In this document: positions 27,143 to 36,800 of the stretch, piece by piece
Layout of the letters: every line of letters starts with the position of its first letter
Position numbering within the stretch: position 1 is the stretch's first letter
NCBI GenBank assembly: GCA_905236865.1
Contig: CAJOQX010000150.1
Location: 1-55,203, forward strand
Direction of reading: 5' to 3'
Source: Candidatus Rifleibacteriota bacterium
GTDB lineage: Bacteria; Muiribacteriota; Ozemobacteria; Ozemobacterales; Ozemobacteraceae
DNA: 55,203 bases
Translations under genes and position numbers: made by a program
Notes under the pieces: model-generated
Told to the model about the DNA's origin: nothing
The model's database searches: none
What the model saw: the letters and a program-made list of their open reading frames with translations, nothing else

Positions 27143-27288
27143 GGCTGTCTAAAAACTAGCTTTTGACTCCATAATTAGACGAAACTAATTTTAGAGTAAA
27201 AAGCTAGTTTTTAGACAGCCTCTACGAAAGGGGGCGAGGACATTGCTCCATACATTGTATTTTTAAAAAATTCTTAGTTTTTAGACAG
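27143..27288. repeat. Palindromic MITE-like repeat: perfect 22-bp inverted repeat, a conserved 41-nt core, and a third partial arm
   Basis: IR-L ggctgtctaaaaactagctttt (27143-27164) and IR-R aaaagctagtttttagacagcc (27199-27220). Core acgaaagggggcgaggacattgctccatacattgtattttt (27224-27264). Partial arm cttagtttttagacag (27273-27288). Related copies occur at 5810-5879 and 30162-30187. Confidence 0.85.
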
Positions 27289-27328
27289 TTCCAAGAGGGA
27301 GGTAGATGGTTTTTATTAGTGTTTTTTG

Positions 27329-28540
27329 TTACTTTAAAGAACAAAGTTTAGCGATATTCACCAAAGTTTGAACTGCTTTTTCCATAACATCTAAAGAAAT
27401 ATATTCGTATTTCCCATGAAAGTTATGACCACCAGTGAAGAGATTAGGGCAAGGCAGACCCATAAAAGAAAGTCTTGCTCCATCAGTTCCACCTCTTATT
27501 GGAACAACGATAGGTTCAACACTTGCTTCTTTCATTGCTGTTTTTGCCAATTCCAAAATATGTTTATGTGGAATTACCTTTTCATACATATTTCGGTAAC
27601 TTTCTTTTATTGTTACTTTAACTCGTTCTGCACCGAGCTTTTTATTCCATTCAACAGCTTTGTTTCTTAAAAAGTCTTGGCGTTTCTGAAAATTTTCAGC
27701 GTCAAAATCTCTTATAATATAAACAAGCTTAGAATGTTCAGTGCAGCCTTCCATATCAGTTAAATGGAAGAATCCATCATAGCCATCGGTATGTTCTGGG
27801 GTTTCCATTTCTGGCATTTCACAGTGGAATTTAGCAGCCAATGTCTGACTATTAATCATTACATCTTTTGCTGAACCAGGGTGAATACTTACTCCTTCAA
27901 ATTCAACGGTCGCCTGTGCAGCATTGAAGTTTTCGTATTCTAATTCGCCAAGAGGACCACCATCAACAGTATATGCCCATTTTGCCTTAAAACGGTCTAA
28001 TGGAAACAAATCAGCTCCACGGCCTATTTCTTCATCTGGTGTAAAACCAATGTATATATCTCCGTGTTTTATTTCAGGGTGTTTTAATAGATACTCTACT
28101 GATGTTACTATTTCAGTAACACCTGCTTTGTCATCAGCTCCTAAAAGAGTTGTTCCATCAGTTGTAATCAGATCTTGACCAATATATTTTTTTTCAGGGT
28201 TTAAAACTAGACCAGTATTACCAAGTTTTATTTCATCTCCTTGATAATTGTTAATTATTTGTGGATTAACATTTGTTCCAGAACAATCTGGAGCAGTATC
28301 AAAATGAGAGATAAAACCTATAGCTGGAACTTCTTTATCGCTATTTGATGGCAAAAGTGCGGTTAGATAGCCATTTTTATCTAAGACCACATCTTTTAGC
28401 CCCAAAGTTTCTAGTTCGCTTTTAACCAACTTAGCTAATTCAAACTGCCCCTTAGTAGAAGGACAACATTCGTTAGCTTCGTCAGATTGAGTATCTATGC
28501 TAACGTAACTAATAAAACGTTTTTTTAAAGTTTCTTTCAT
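27329..28540 (-). CDS. pepT: Peptidase T (tripeptide aminopeptidase, M20B)
   Basis: LKKRFISYVSIDTQSDE, GFISHFDT, LLGADDKAG, FTPDEEIG and GGHNFHG are collinear with PepT. Confidence 0.9.
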   Translation of the reverse strand: MKETLKKRFISYVSIDTQSDEANECCPSTKGQFELAKLVKSELETLGLKDVVLDKNGYLTALLPSNSDKEVPAIGFISHFDTAPDCSGTNVNPQIINNYQGDEIKLGNTGLVLNPEKKYIGQDLITTDGTTLLGADDKAGVTEIVTSVEYLLKHPEIKHGDIYIGFTPDEEIGRGADLFPLDRFKAKWAYTVDGGPLGELEYENFNAAQATVEFEGVSIHPGSAKDVMINSQTLAAKFHCEMPEMETPEHTDGYDGFFHLTDMEGCTEHSKLVYIIRDFDAENFQKRQDFLRNKAVEWNKKLGAERVKVTIKESYRNMYEKVIPHKHILELAKTAMKEASVEPIVVPIRGGTDGARLSFMGLPCPNLFTGGHNFHGKYEYISLDVMEKAVQTLVNIAKLCSLK

Positions 28541-28546
28541 TTCAGT

Positions 28547-28822
28547 TTACTTCTTAAAATCTGCTAGACCTTTTTTTGAATCTTCTGCTTTGCGAACGCC
28601 TATGATACCTTTTTCAGCCATTACTCCGCCTAATTTACCTAGCATATTGTAGGCTTTCATAAACTGGTCAAAATTCATCTGAACAGATGCTTTAACTTCT
28701 CTTTCAGGATTTTTAGGATCTCCAGAAGGCTGGATTGTCATAAAAGTAATAGTAACAATTTCTTTTTCAAGATTTATTTCTTCGATACCGTCAGTATATA
28801 TTTCTTCAAAACTTTTACTCAT
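28547..28822 (-). CDS. Small conserved hypothetical protein (paralogue of 28834..29055; possibly DUF3467-like)
   Basis: 91 aa, 6 nt upstream of pepT. It shares a pattern with its neighbour: a beta-strand segment (IVTITFMTIQPS / MVRLDFKADEAG), a helix (FDQFMKAYNMLGKLGGVMAEKGII / LQTFEMFQRVLDKLEADGII), and an AGGAGAAA RBS. Confidence 0.6.
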   Translation of the reverse strand: MSKSFEEIYTDGIEEINLEKEIVTITFMTIQPSGDPKNPEREVKASVQMNFDQFMKAYNMLGKLGGVMAEKGIIGVRKAEDSKKGLADFKK

Positions 28823-28833
28823 GATTTTTCTCC

Positions 28834-29055
28834 TTACTTCTGTGGTTGAACTCTTTGGATAATGCCATCAGCTTCGAGCTTGTCTAAAACTCTTTGGAAC
28901 ATTTCAAAAGTTTGGAGATAACCTTGTGGGGTCATAATCAAGCGTAAATCTTTTTTTTCACCTGCTTCATCAGCTTTGAAATCTAGTCGTACCATACCGT
29001 TGGCGATATGCATATTGTCTAATCCGCTTTTAGGGAATGTTTTTATATCAGACAT
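28834..29055 (-). CDS. Small conserved hypothetical protein (paralogue of 28547..28822)
   Basis: 73 aa, 11 nt upstream of the 91-aa ORF. Same-fold pattern as described for that ORF. Confidence 0.55.
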   Translation of the reverse strand: MSDIKTFPKSGLDNMHIANGMVRLDFKADEAGEKKDLRLIMTPQGYLQTFEMFQRVLDKLEADGIIQRVQPQK

Positions 29056-29147
29056 TTATATTTCACTCCATTTTTTTAATTTGATTGAATAAGGTTATCA
29101 TCGGTTCAAAGATATTACAAGATTAAATTTTTTAATCTTAAAACTTC

Positions 29148-29175
29148 TTGACTTTTAATAGTTGTTAAATATAAT
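29148..29175 (+). promoter_or_regulatory. Near-consensus sigma70 promoter for rapZ
   Basis: TTGACT (29148-29153), 16-nt spacer, TATAAT (29170-29175). The predicted TSS at about 29182-29183 coincides with the ATG at 29183. Confidence 0.55.
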
Positions 29176-29182
29176 GGATTCT

Positions 29183-30052
29183 ATGAGCGACTCATTAATA
29201 CAACTGATTATAATAACAGGAATGTCTGGTGCAGGCAAAACCACAGCTTCACACTTTTTTGAAGATGCTGGTTATTTTTGTATGGATAATGTGCCACCAA
29301 CTCTTTTACCAAAGTTTATACAAATTTGCCTAGAAGCAAATAGTAGTATAAATAAACTAGCAGTTGTTATCGATGCTAGAGGCGGTTCTTTTTTCCAAAA
29401 TTTATTCTCTGCAATTGACGAAATAAAACAAATGAAGGTTCAGGTAAAGATTCTTTTCCTTGAAGCTTCTGATAATGCCCTCATTAGAAGGTTTTCTGAA
29501 ACTCGCAGAAAACACCCACTTAATAAAGGTGGCAGAGTTAGCGATGATATAAAAGAAGAACGACGTATACTTGAAATGACTAGAGCAAAAGCTGATTTTG
29601 TCGTAGATACATCGCTTCTTACTGGTAGGGAATTGCAAGAAGAATTACGCAGATTCACACAAGAAAAAATCGGAATCAAATCTATGTCAGTGGTCTTTGT
29701 CAGTTTTGGCTACAAACACGGAATACCAGAAGATTGTGATTTGATTTTTGATGTAAGATTTTTGCCAAATCCATTTTATGTTCCTGAACTTAAACATCTA
29801 ACGGGTGTGGACGAAGCTGTTTATAACTATGTTTTTTCTTCTAGCATAGCAGAACAATATGCCCAAAGGCTTAGAGGTTTTATTGAATTTCAAATTCCTT
29901 TATTTATAAGCGAACCAAAAACTAGGCTTCAAATCGGAATAGGTTGCACAGGTGGTCATCACCGTTCTGTAGCTTTTGCAGAATATTTATTTAGAAATAT
30001 TTCAGATCCACGCATTGCAACTTCTGTAATTCACAGAGATATAGCTAATTGA
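29183..30052 (+). CDS. rapZ: RNase adapter / nucleotide-binding protein RapZ (YvcJ family)
   Basis: IIITGMSGAGKTTASHFFEDAGYFCMDNVPP, FDVRFLPNPFY and GCTGGHHRSV motifs. The ORF-track start (TTG at 29162) and the ATG at 29174 both lie inside the promoter -10 region, so the ATG at 29183 (MSDSLIQLIIITG...) is preferred. Confidence 0.85.
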   Translation: MSDSLIQLIIITGMSGAGKTTASHFFEDAGYFCMDNVPPTLLPKFIQICLEANSSINKLAVVIDARGGSFFQNLFSAIDEIKQMKVQVKILFLEASDNALIRRFSETRRKHPLNKGGRVSDDIKEERRILEMTRAKADFVVDTSLLTGRELQEELRRFTQEKIGIKSMSVVFVSFGYKHGIPEDCDLIFDVRFLPNPFYVPELKHLTGVDEAVYNYVFSSSIAEQYAQRLRGFIEFQIPLFISEPKTRLQIGIGCTGGHHRSVAFAEYLFRNISDPRIATSVIHRDIAN

Positions 30053-30150
30053 GAGGAGAGAGGAGAGAGGAGAGGGGAGAGAGATAAGGGATAAGAGATA
30101 AGAGATAAGAGATAAGAGATAAGAGATAAGAGATAAGAGAGGAGAGATTA
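30051..30150. repeat. 100-nt purine-strand heptamer tandem array (GAGAGGA x3-4, then GAGATAA x7 perfect plus variants)
   Basis: Read directly. GAGAGGA at 30051, 30058 and 30065. GAGATAA at 30081, 30095, 30102, 30109, 30116, 30123 and 30130. Variants: gggataa, gagagga, gagatta. The array starts at the rapZ stop codon. Confidence 0.9.
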
Positions 30151-30287
30151 AGAAGCTTTAGCGTGGAGTCAAAAATCTTAGTTTTTCATTATTGAATTAC
30201 AATATTAATGACAAAAAAAATTCGTTGTGACTTCCATTTTTAATAAATTTTTGGTACATTCTAATTTGAATTTTGGAGGCACTAAAT

Positions 30288-33200
30288 ATGAATGAAAACG
30301 ACAACAAGAATAACGATGCTATAGAAATAGAAAAAATATCTGAAACAGTAGAGAATAAAGAAACAAATATAGATAACAATAAATCAGATAGTGCTTTAGA
30401 AAATAAAGTAGAATCCATAAAAGACAATAATCAAGAAAACAATTCTAATTCTAACCAAACCAAATCACTTTTAAAAAGAGGTTGGAAATTTTATCTTAAA
30501 GTTGTTTCTGTTTTCCTTTTAATGTTAATGCTATCTTTTGGTATAGCAATATTTTATGTTTTAAACAGATTTGTTAGCGATAGAAACTTTGAAAAATTAG
30601 TTAATCAGAAAGCAAGTGAAGCATTAGGTTTAAATATTAATTTTGAAAAAATATCTGTAAGCTTTCCTTCCTTTGAGTTGAAGAATATTCATGTTGCTAC
30701 TGATTCTGCAAGTATGATGTTAGATTCACATATAGCTTCTGTAAAAGTTCGTCCAGATTTCTTTTCGCTTCTTAGAGGAAAATTAGCAATAGACTATCTA
30801 AGTATTTCCTCATCTACTACTTTGTTAGATTTAAAGCCAACAAAGAATGAAAAAGCTTCAGTAGAAAAAAAGGAAATTGCAACTGGCACTCCTGATTTGA
30901 ACAATATATTATCGATGTTCAGAAGTGTTGATGTAACCCAAATTTCTTTAAATTTAAATGATCAAGCCACTACAAAGACAAAATATAATTTGAAACTAAA
31001 TAGAGCAAGTTTATCTCATTCAATAGTTAGCTCAGCACTTCCTTATGATATTGATGCTGAATGGACTGAAAAAGCAGTGTTTAACGCAAAAGGCAATTTG
31101 TATTTGCCTCAAAAAATTACCTCCGAAGCATATATTAAAATAATTGATTTTAACGAAATCAAAAAGCTTGTTCCAAAAGAATATGTTAATTATTTAAATG
31201 GCATAACAGGCTCTAATGCAAACCTTTCTTTAGAATACAATCTTCAAAACAATGCTATAGAAATCTCTAATTGTAATCTCGGAGTAGAACCAATATTAAA
31301 GCTAAATGCCAAAGCCTCAATTCCACAGATTTCACCATTAAAACTATTAGCTTCTGCAAGTGCACAACCTATAGAAGTTTCATCTGTTTGGCCCTTAGTA
31401 AAAGGCTATGTGCCAGCAGAATACGGTTTAAGTTTAAACAAAGGTTCGGTTTCTGGCGATGTTAGCGTAGTAATAGATGGAGACAAACCGATAGAATTGT
31501 CTGCTGAAGCTCACCCACAGACAATAGAAATAAAAACAAAATTTCTTTCAGATAAAATAGTTCTTCAAAAAGGTAATATTGTATATGATGGAAAAAAGCT
31601 AACAGCATCAGCTTTTGAAGTAGCATTAGCTGATTCTACCGTTAAATTAAATACTTTAACCTTAAACATTGCTGATTTCGCTTTAAATGCAGTTTTTGGA
31701 ATAAATATCGGCATCGACGGACTTCTTAAAAACTTAAAATCCTATCTTAGCGATGATATGAAAAACTTCGCTATAAATGGAAAAATATCTTTTGATGGAA
31801 ATGTTAATGGTAAATTGTCTGATTTAAACTCAATTAAAGTTAATGGTTCGGTCATATCAAAAGTAATCAATATTTCTGAAAATCAAACAAAAGCAAAAGG
31901 AATGATAGAAGATTTAAATGTTAGACTTAATGGAGTTGGTGCTGAAAGTGGTTCTATCACAGTCGAAAGCTTAAGAGCAAACGCAAGTGGTGCGAGTGTG
32001 AGTGTTAAAGGAACAGTTAAAAATCAGAAATATATAGGATTTGATTGTTCTGCAGATGGAAAAATAATAGTTGATGAATTTTCTAAATTTGCTTATGGGC
32101 TTTTTAAACTACCAGTAAAAGAAGGACAATATAAAGGGCAGCTAGATATTAATCTCAAACTAGGTGGAACAGTAAAAGATCCGAAACCCTATGGAAAAAT
32201 TGAAGCAAAGAATATTTATGCCGATGTTTCCCAATACGGTATGGTTATAAGTAACTTTAATGGTATAATTACTGCCGATAACGACAAGTTAATAATGGAT
32301 AATGTTAAAGCTAATCTGCTTGGAGGTAGTCTTGATTTTAGCGGAATAATAAAAGACTTCAACAATATGAAAGTTGAAGCTGTAGCTAATATTAGAGATA
32401 CTGACCTTGCGTTAGTTCGCAAACTTATAGGAATAAACGTTCCTGAAATGCCTGCTGAATTAGACTTTAGTGGAAAAGCTGATTTGAACGCTAATCTAAA
32501 AGGTTCAACTTCTTCACCAACAATTAAAGGTTCTGCAAATATTAAGAACGCTAGGTTTTTCCATCCTGCTGTTTTTAGACCTGTTGAAAAGATTAATGGT
32601 CGTGTAAATTTCACTAATGAAGGGTTAAGTTCTGATGCTCTTAATGCTTATTGGGGGACATCAAAAGTAAATGTTGCTGGAAATATAAAAGACTGGGCAA
32701 AGTTTATTTCTAATTTCAAGTTTAATGTTGCTCCTTTAGATGTTACTGACGCTGCAGGCTTCTTCCTTGAAGGAACAGGATTCAAAGTAATAGGTGTTGG
32801 TAGTGGTAATGGAACTATTACAGGACCATTGGAAAAAATAAAAGTTGATTGTGTGGCTTCTGTTGCTGTTGGTACGGTTACGGCTACAATAACAGAAGGT
32901 GGAGAATCAATGAAGTTTCCTTATAAAAATCTAAATGCTAAAGCTCGTTATTATGATAGTGTTCTAAACATTTCTTCCGCATCTTTAAAACTTTTTAATG
33001 GAGATATTTTTGCAAAAGGCAATATTTATATTGCTTCTGACCCTATTAAATTCGATGTTGATGCAAATATAAACAAATTACAAACCCAAGAATTTTTAAG
33101 AGCTAATGCTGATAAAAAATATGAAAATACTGTTGTTGGCGGTTTAGATGGAACAGCAAGTCTTAAAGGTGATATGACTGGGCTGAATAGTATTAATGGT

Positions 33201-33701
33201 AATGCAAAATTGTCTATGGCAAGTGGAACTTATGATTCTCCTGATGTAATCAAGAAAATAGCTGACAAACTTAAAAATCCATCACTAGCTTCTGGAACAA
33301 TAAATGCATCTGGTGATTACACTATTGCTAACGGCAGAATTTCATCTAACAATATGATGGGAAAATCAAATGACAGCAATGTGGTTTATACTGGTTCTAT
33401 TGGTTTAGACACTACTTTAGATGGTTCGTTAAATTTTACTTTAGGTAAGAAAACTTGTTCTAGCAGTCCTTATCTAAAAGATATGCTTGGCAATTCAGAA
33501 AGTCTTAGTTTATCTTGTAAAGTAAAGGGGAGTCTTACTTCGCCGAATATTGATTTACCTTTAAATTCTGTTGTAAAAAATGAATTAAACAAAGTATTGA
33601 ACAAAAACGGTGTAAGTAACGACAAGGTAAATAAAGTTACAGAAAAAATAAGTGACGGAGTGTCTAAACTTGGTAAAAGCTTGAAGAAGATATTCAAGTA
33701 G
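30288..33701 (+). CDS. AsmA-family (AsmA/TamB-like) giant envelope protein
   Basis: The ORF track starts at 30273. The ATG at 30288 lies 8 nt after GGAGG (30275-30279). The protein has an N-terminal disordered N/E-rich region, one TM helix (VVSVFLLMLMLSFGIAIFYVL), then about 1000 aa of repetitive beta-rich sequence. The AsmA-like C-terminus reads GTINASGDYTIANGRISSNNMMGKS...GSIGLDTTLDGSLNFTL. Confidence 0.75.
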   Translation: MNENDNKNNDAIEIEKISETVENKETNIDNNKSDSALENKVESIKDNNQENNSNSNQTKSLLKRGWKFYLKVVSVFLLMLMLSFGIAIFYVLNRFVSDRNFEKLVNQKASEALGLNINFEKISVSFPSFELKNIHVATDSASMMLDSHIASVKVRPDFFSLLRGKLAIDYLSISSSTTLLDLKPTKNEKASVEKKEIATGTPDLNNILSMFRSVDVTQISLNLNDQATTKTKYNLKLNRASLSHSIVSSALPYDIDAEWTEKAVFNAKGNLYLPQKITSEAYIKIIDFNEIKKLVPKEYVNYLNGITGSNANLSLEYNLQNNAIEISNCNLGVEPILKLNAKASIPQISPLKLLASASAQPIEVSSVWPLVKGYVPAEYGLSLNKGSVSGDVSVVIDGDKPIELSAEAHPQTIEIKTKFLSDKIVLQKGNIVYDGKKLTASAFEVALADSTVKLNTLTLNIADFALNAVFGINIGIDGLLKNLKSYLSDDMKNFAINGKISFDGNVNGKLSDLNSIKVNGSVISKVINISENQTKAKGMIEDLNVRLNGVGAESGSITVESLRANASGASVSVKGTVKNQKYIGFDCSADGKIIVDEFSKFAYGLFKLPVKEGQYKGQLDINLKLGGTVKDPKPYGKIEAKNIYADVSQYGMVISNFNGIITADNDKLIMDNVKANLLGGSLDFSGIIKDFNNMKVEAVANIRDTDLALVRKLIGINVPEMPAELDFSGKADLNANLKGSTSSPTIKGSANIKNARFFHPAVFRPVEKINGRVNFTNEGLSSDALNAYWGTSKVNVAGNIKDWAKFISNFKFNVAPLDVTDAAGFFLEGTGFKVIGVGSGNGTITGPLEKIKVDCVASVAVGTVTATITEGGESMKFPYKNLNAKARYYDSVLNISSASLKLFNGDIFAKGNIYIASDPIKFDVDANINKLQTQEFLRANADKKYENTVVGGLDGTASLKGDMTGLNSINGNAKLSMASGTYDSPDVIKKIADKLKNPSLASGTINASGDYTIANGRISSNNMMGKSNDSNVVYTGSIGLDTTLDGSLNFTLGKKTCSSSPYLKDMLGNSESLSLSCKVKGSLTSPNIDLPLNSVVKNELNKVLNKNGVSNDKVNKVTEKISDGVSKLGKSLKKIFK

Positions 33702-33885
33702 TGTCCGCTCAATAGTATTTTATTACTTAAAAAGGGGAGCAATTTATTAGGTTTCTAACTTTTTTATTATATTATCTATAAGCCCTAAAAGTGCAAACCT
33801 AATAAACGAAATTAAGCCATTCTAGCAATTTTTGCTTTGCTCTATTTTTGTATTGTTTTCTTATATAATACTTTATTTATTAAAA

Positions 33886-36800
33886 TTATATTTCTATTAA
33901 GTTGGCACTAGATAAAGATTGTATAAGATAAACTTTTGAAGGTTTTGATTTTCCTTTAAAAGATACTTCACCATATTCTTCTGTTTTTATATCGTTTTTA
34001 ATTAAATCATATATTGTTTCTGATATTATTCTTCTGTCTGATTCCAATTTTTCACCAAAAACAGCGATTCTTGCAGATACGTTAACGGGGTCGCCAATTA
34101 TGGTGAAGTCTCTTTTTTCACCAACACCTAAATATCCAGAAATAACTTGACCATAAGTGACTCCGACAGAAACTTTGAATGGAAGACTTTCATTGGTTTC
34201 AATTAAATAAGCAACTTTTGAAGCTATAATAGCAATTTCTTTTTCTAAAGAATTTTCAAGATGAAAAGCTACAAGCATTTTCTCACCAATAATTTTATCT
34301 ATATCTCCACCATAATCTAAGACAATCTTAGATATTATAGCTATTTGATTTTTAAGCTTTTGGAAAAGTTGAATTATAGGTGTATTATTCATAATTTTAT
34401 CAAAGTTAGGAATAGTAACATATAGAAGAACTGTATCTATTTTTTTACTGGCAGTATCATTAGATGTTGAAGTTCCAATTAATGCCGATTTTGAAATCAT
34501 ACGATTCATGAGTTGTTTTTCTTCTAAAGATTTCATCATTTGGTTAAATGATTGACATAATTTTCCAACTTCGTCTTCTCTTGTATAAATAGTTCTAAAT
34601 GAGTAGTCTTCTTTTTTTGCAGCTTTAACTCCTAAAATAAGTTGTTTTATAGGAGCAAGTAAATCGGCTATAACAATATAAGCAATAAAACAAATTAATA
34701 TAAAAGAAAATAATATTGCTAATCCGAATTTAGGCAATTTATTGAATGATTCGTTAAAAATAAATTTTTCTGAAGATAAAGCAAAATATATTTTATCATT
34801 GGAATAGTTCCCTCTTCTACATTCTAGAAAATGATTTCCAAAACAGTCAATCTGACTAGAAACAGGGATAAAACTTGAGTTTAACCAATAATAATTAGTT
34901 AGTAATCCATTTAAAATTTCTGATTTACCAATAAAATCAGAATAAATTAAATTATTACCAACTTCTTTATTTATTGAATGAAATAGAAAAATTTTATTAT
35001 CTAAAGAACCAGAAGATATATGTTGTTCAAGAGAATAATTTTGTTGATTTGTTTGATTACAAACATAAGACAATAAATCATTGTCATACTTAATTATAGA
35101 AAATAGAACATAATCAGGTTTGTCTTGATTTGGAACAGGTATTGATATAAAACTAATGTAAGTATAATTTAAGGTTACTGTTTGATTAGAATTAGGATAA
35201 TTAACTAAATCAATAGTTATTTCATCTCCAAAAGCGGAATTAAAAGTTTTTGACAACATGCGAAAAATTTCTTCTCGTTTATAATTTTTAGAATTGTAAT
35301 TGTCAGAGTTAGAATCATCAGAACTAAAGAAAATATATTTAATATAATCTGAAAAAATTCTACCAAAAAAATCTAAATTATAACCATTTGAATCATTTCC
35401 AGAAGCAACAAAGTCATTTTTTGCTACGAGTAGTAATTCCAAAATTTTGTGATAATCTTTATTGGCAGTTTTATTACTTTGATTATTTTGGTTTTCAACT
35501 TTTAAAAAACCATTCTTTGTAATATGTTGTAGATATTTAAACTGCCCTATTATGTCTCTTTGTTTAATTCTTAACATTATTCTTGGACTTTCACTTTTAA
35601 TATTAAGCCATAAATTATAAAATGGAAGATAATATAGCTCTTTTCTTTCTAATTCATCAATTCGTGTGTTCATTTCAAATAAAGTTTCAGATTTTTTTAT
35701 ATTATAATCCTCAATAACATAAAGAATAGAAAGAAAAAGAACTATTAAAATCGGCATAAAAGCTGATAATAAAATATCAAAACTTAATTTTAAAGAAATA
35801 GAAGATTCAAATAAATTCTTTTTTTTATTTGCAAAACAAAGTATTATAATAAAAAAGAAAGATAAAGATAAAGGAATTAGAACTTTAAATTTTTCATAAA
35901 TTAGATGCAAATAAAAAAGGTTCTTTTTTATTATAAAAACTTTCCATTTATTATAGGTATTATCATTATAAATTGTTGCTATTTCAGATATAAATCCAAA
36001 ATTATCAAGTATTTTTTTATTTTCAATATTACTTTTTATAAAATTGATTTCTTTTTGAGAACAACCATTAGAAAATACCCAGTCATCTCCTTTATTTAAA
36101 GCTAAAAAGATATCTTTTCCTGCATTAAAAGTTATAAATTTAGGAATATTGATTTTATCTTTAAGAGTAGTTATGTCAACAGGGAATCCACATAAAAAAT
36201 CATATCCTGAAACTTTCTTGTTATTGTTTACTTTATCTAGAAAAATCCGTAAAAAATTTCCGTCAAATATTGTGTTATTGGTTTGTTTAAAGGAATTAAA
36301 TGTTCTATCAGAAAAAACATCTTCAAAATTATTAAATTTATAGGGGAGTAGATTTCTTGAATAATAATTATAGTTTATTTTACAACAATAAAGAGGAATA
36401 GGGCAACCTAGCTTGTCGTATTCCTCTCGTATTGAATTAATTGCTTCTTCTATTTTTCCTTTTGAATCATTAAAATTTATTTTTTTTCTTATTTTTTCAG
36501 AAAAATCTAAGCATTGTATATTAAAAGCTGACTTTAAAGCTTCATCAGAATTAATCTGTTCAAATAATCTTGTACATTCTTTGATTGATTGGGATTTTAA
36601 ATTTTCAGAATAAGTTGAATAGATAAAATTGATTCCAAAACTAATTAAAAATATTACAGAAATAACAGCGATAAAATTTAATAAATATTGCCAAATTACG
36701 TTAAATTTTGTTACTGATTTCTGCAATAAGAAAACTTTTGTATTATTTGATTTATTTTGATTTGTTGTATTCTCTTTTTCTTTGTTATTAGAAAAGATAT

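Noticed and set aside
30051-30150. Tandem repeat array considered as a possible CRISPR array
   Set aside because: The period is 7 nt with no unique spacers and no cas genes nearby. It is a microsatellite-like heptamer array, not a CRISPR.
30197-30427. 76-aa minus-strand ORF overlapping the start of the AsmA-family gene
   Set aside because: It is low-complexity (S/F/L-rich) and antisense to a well-supported gene start with a GGAGG RBS. It has no RBS of its own. This is a typical shadow ORF in AT-rich DNA.
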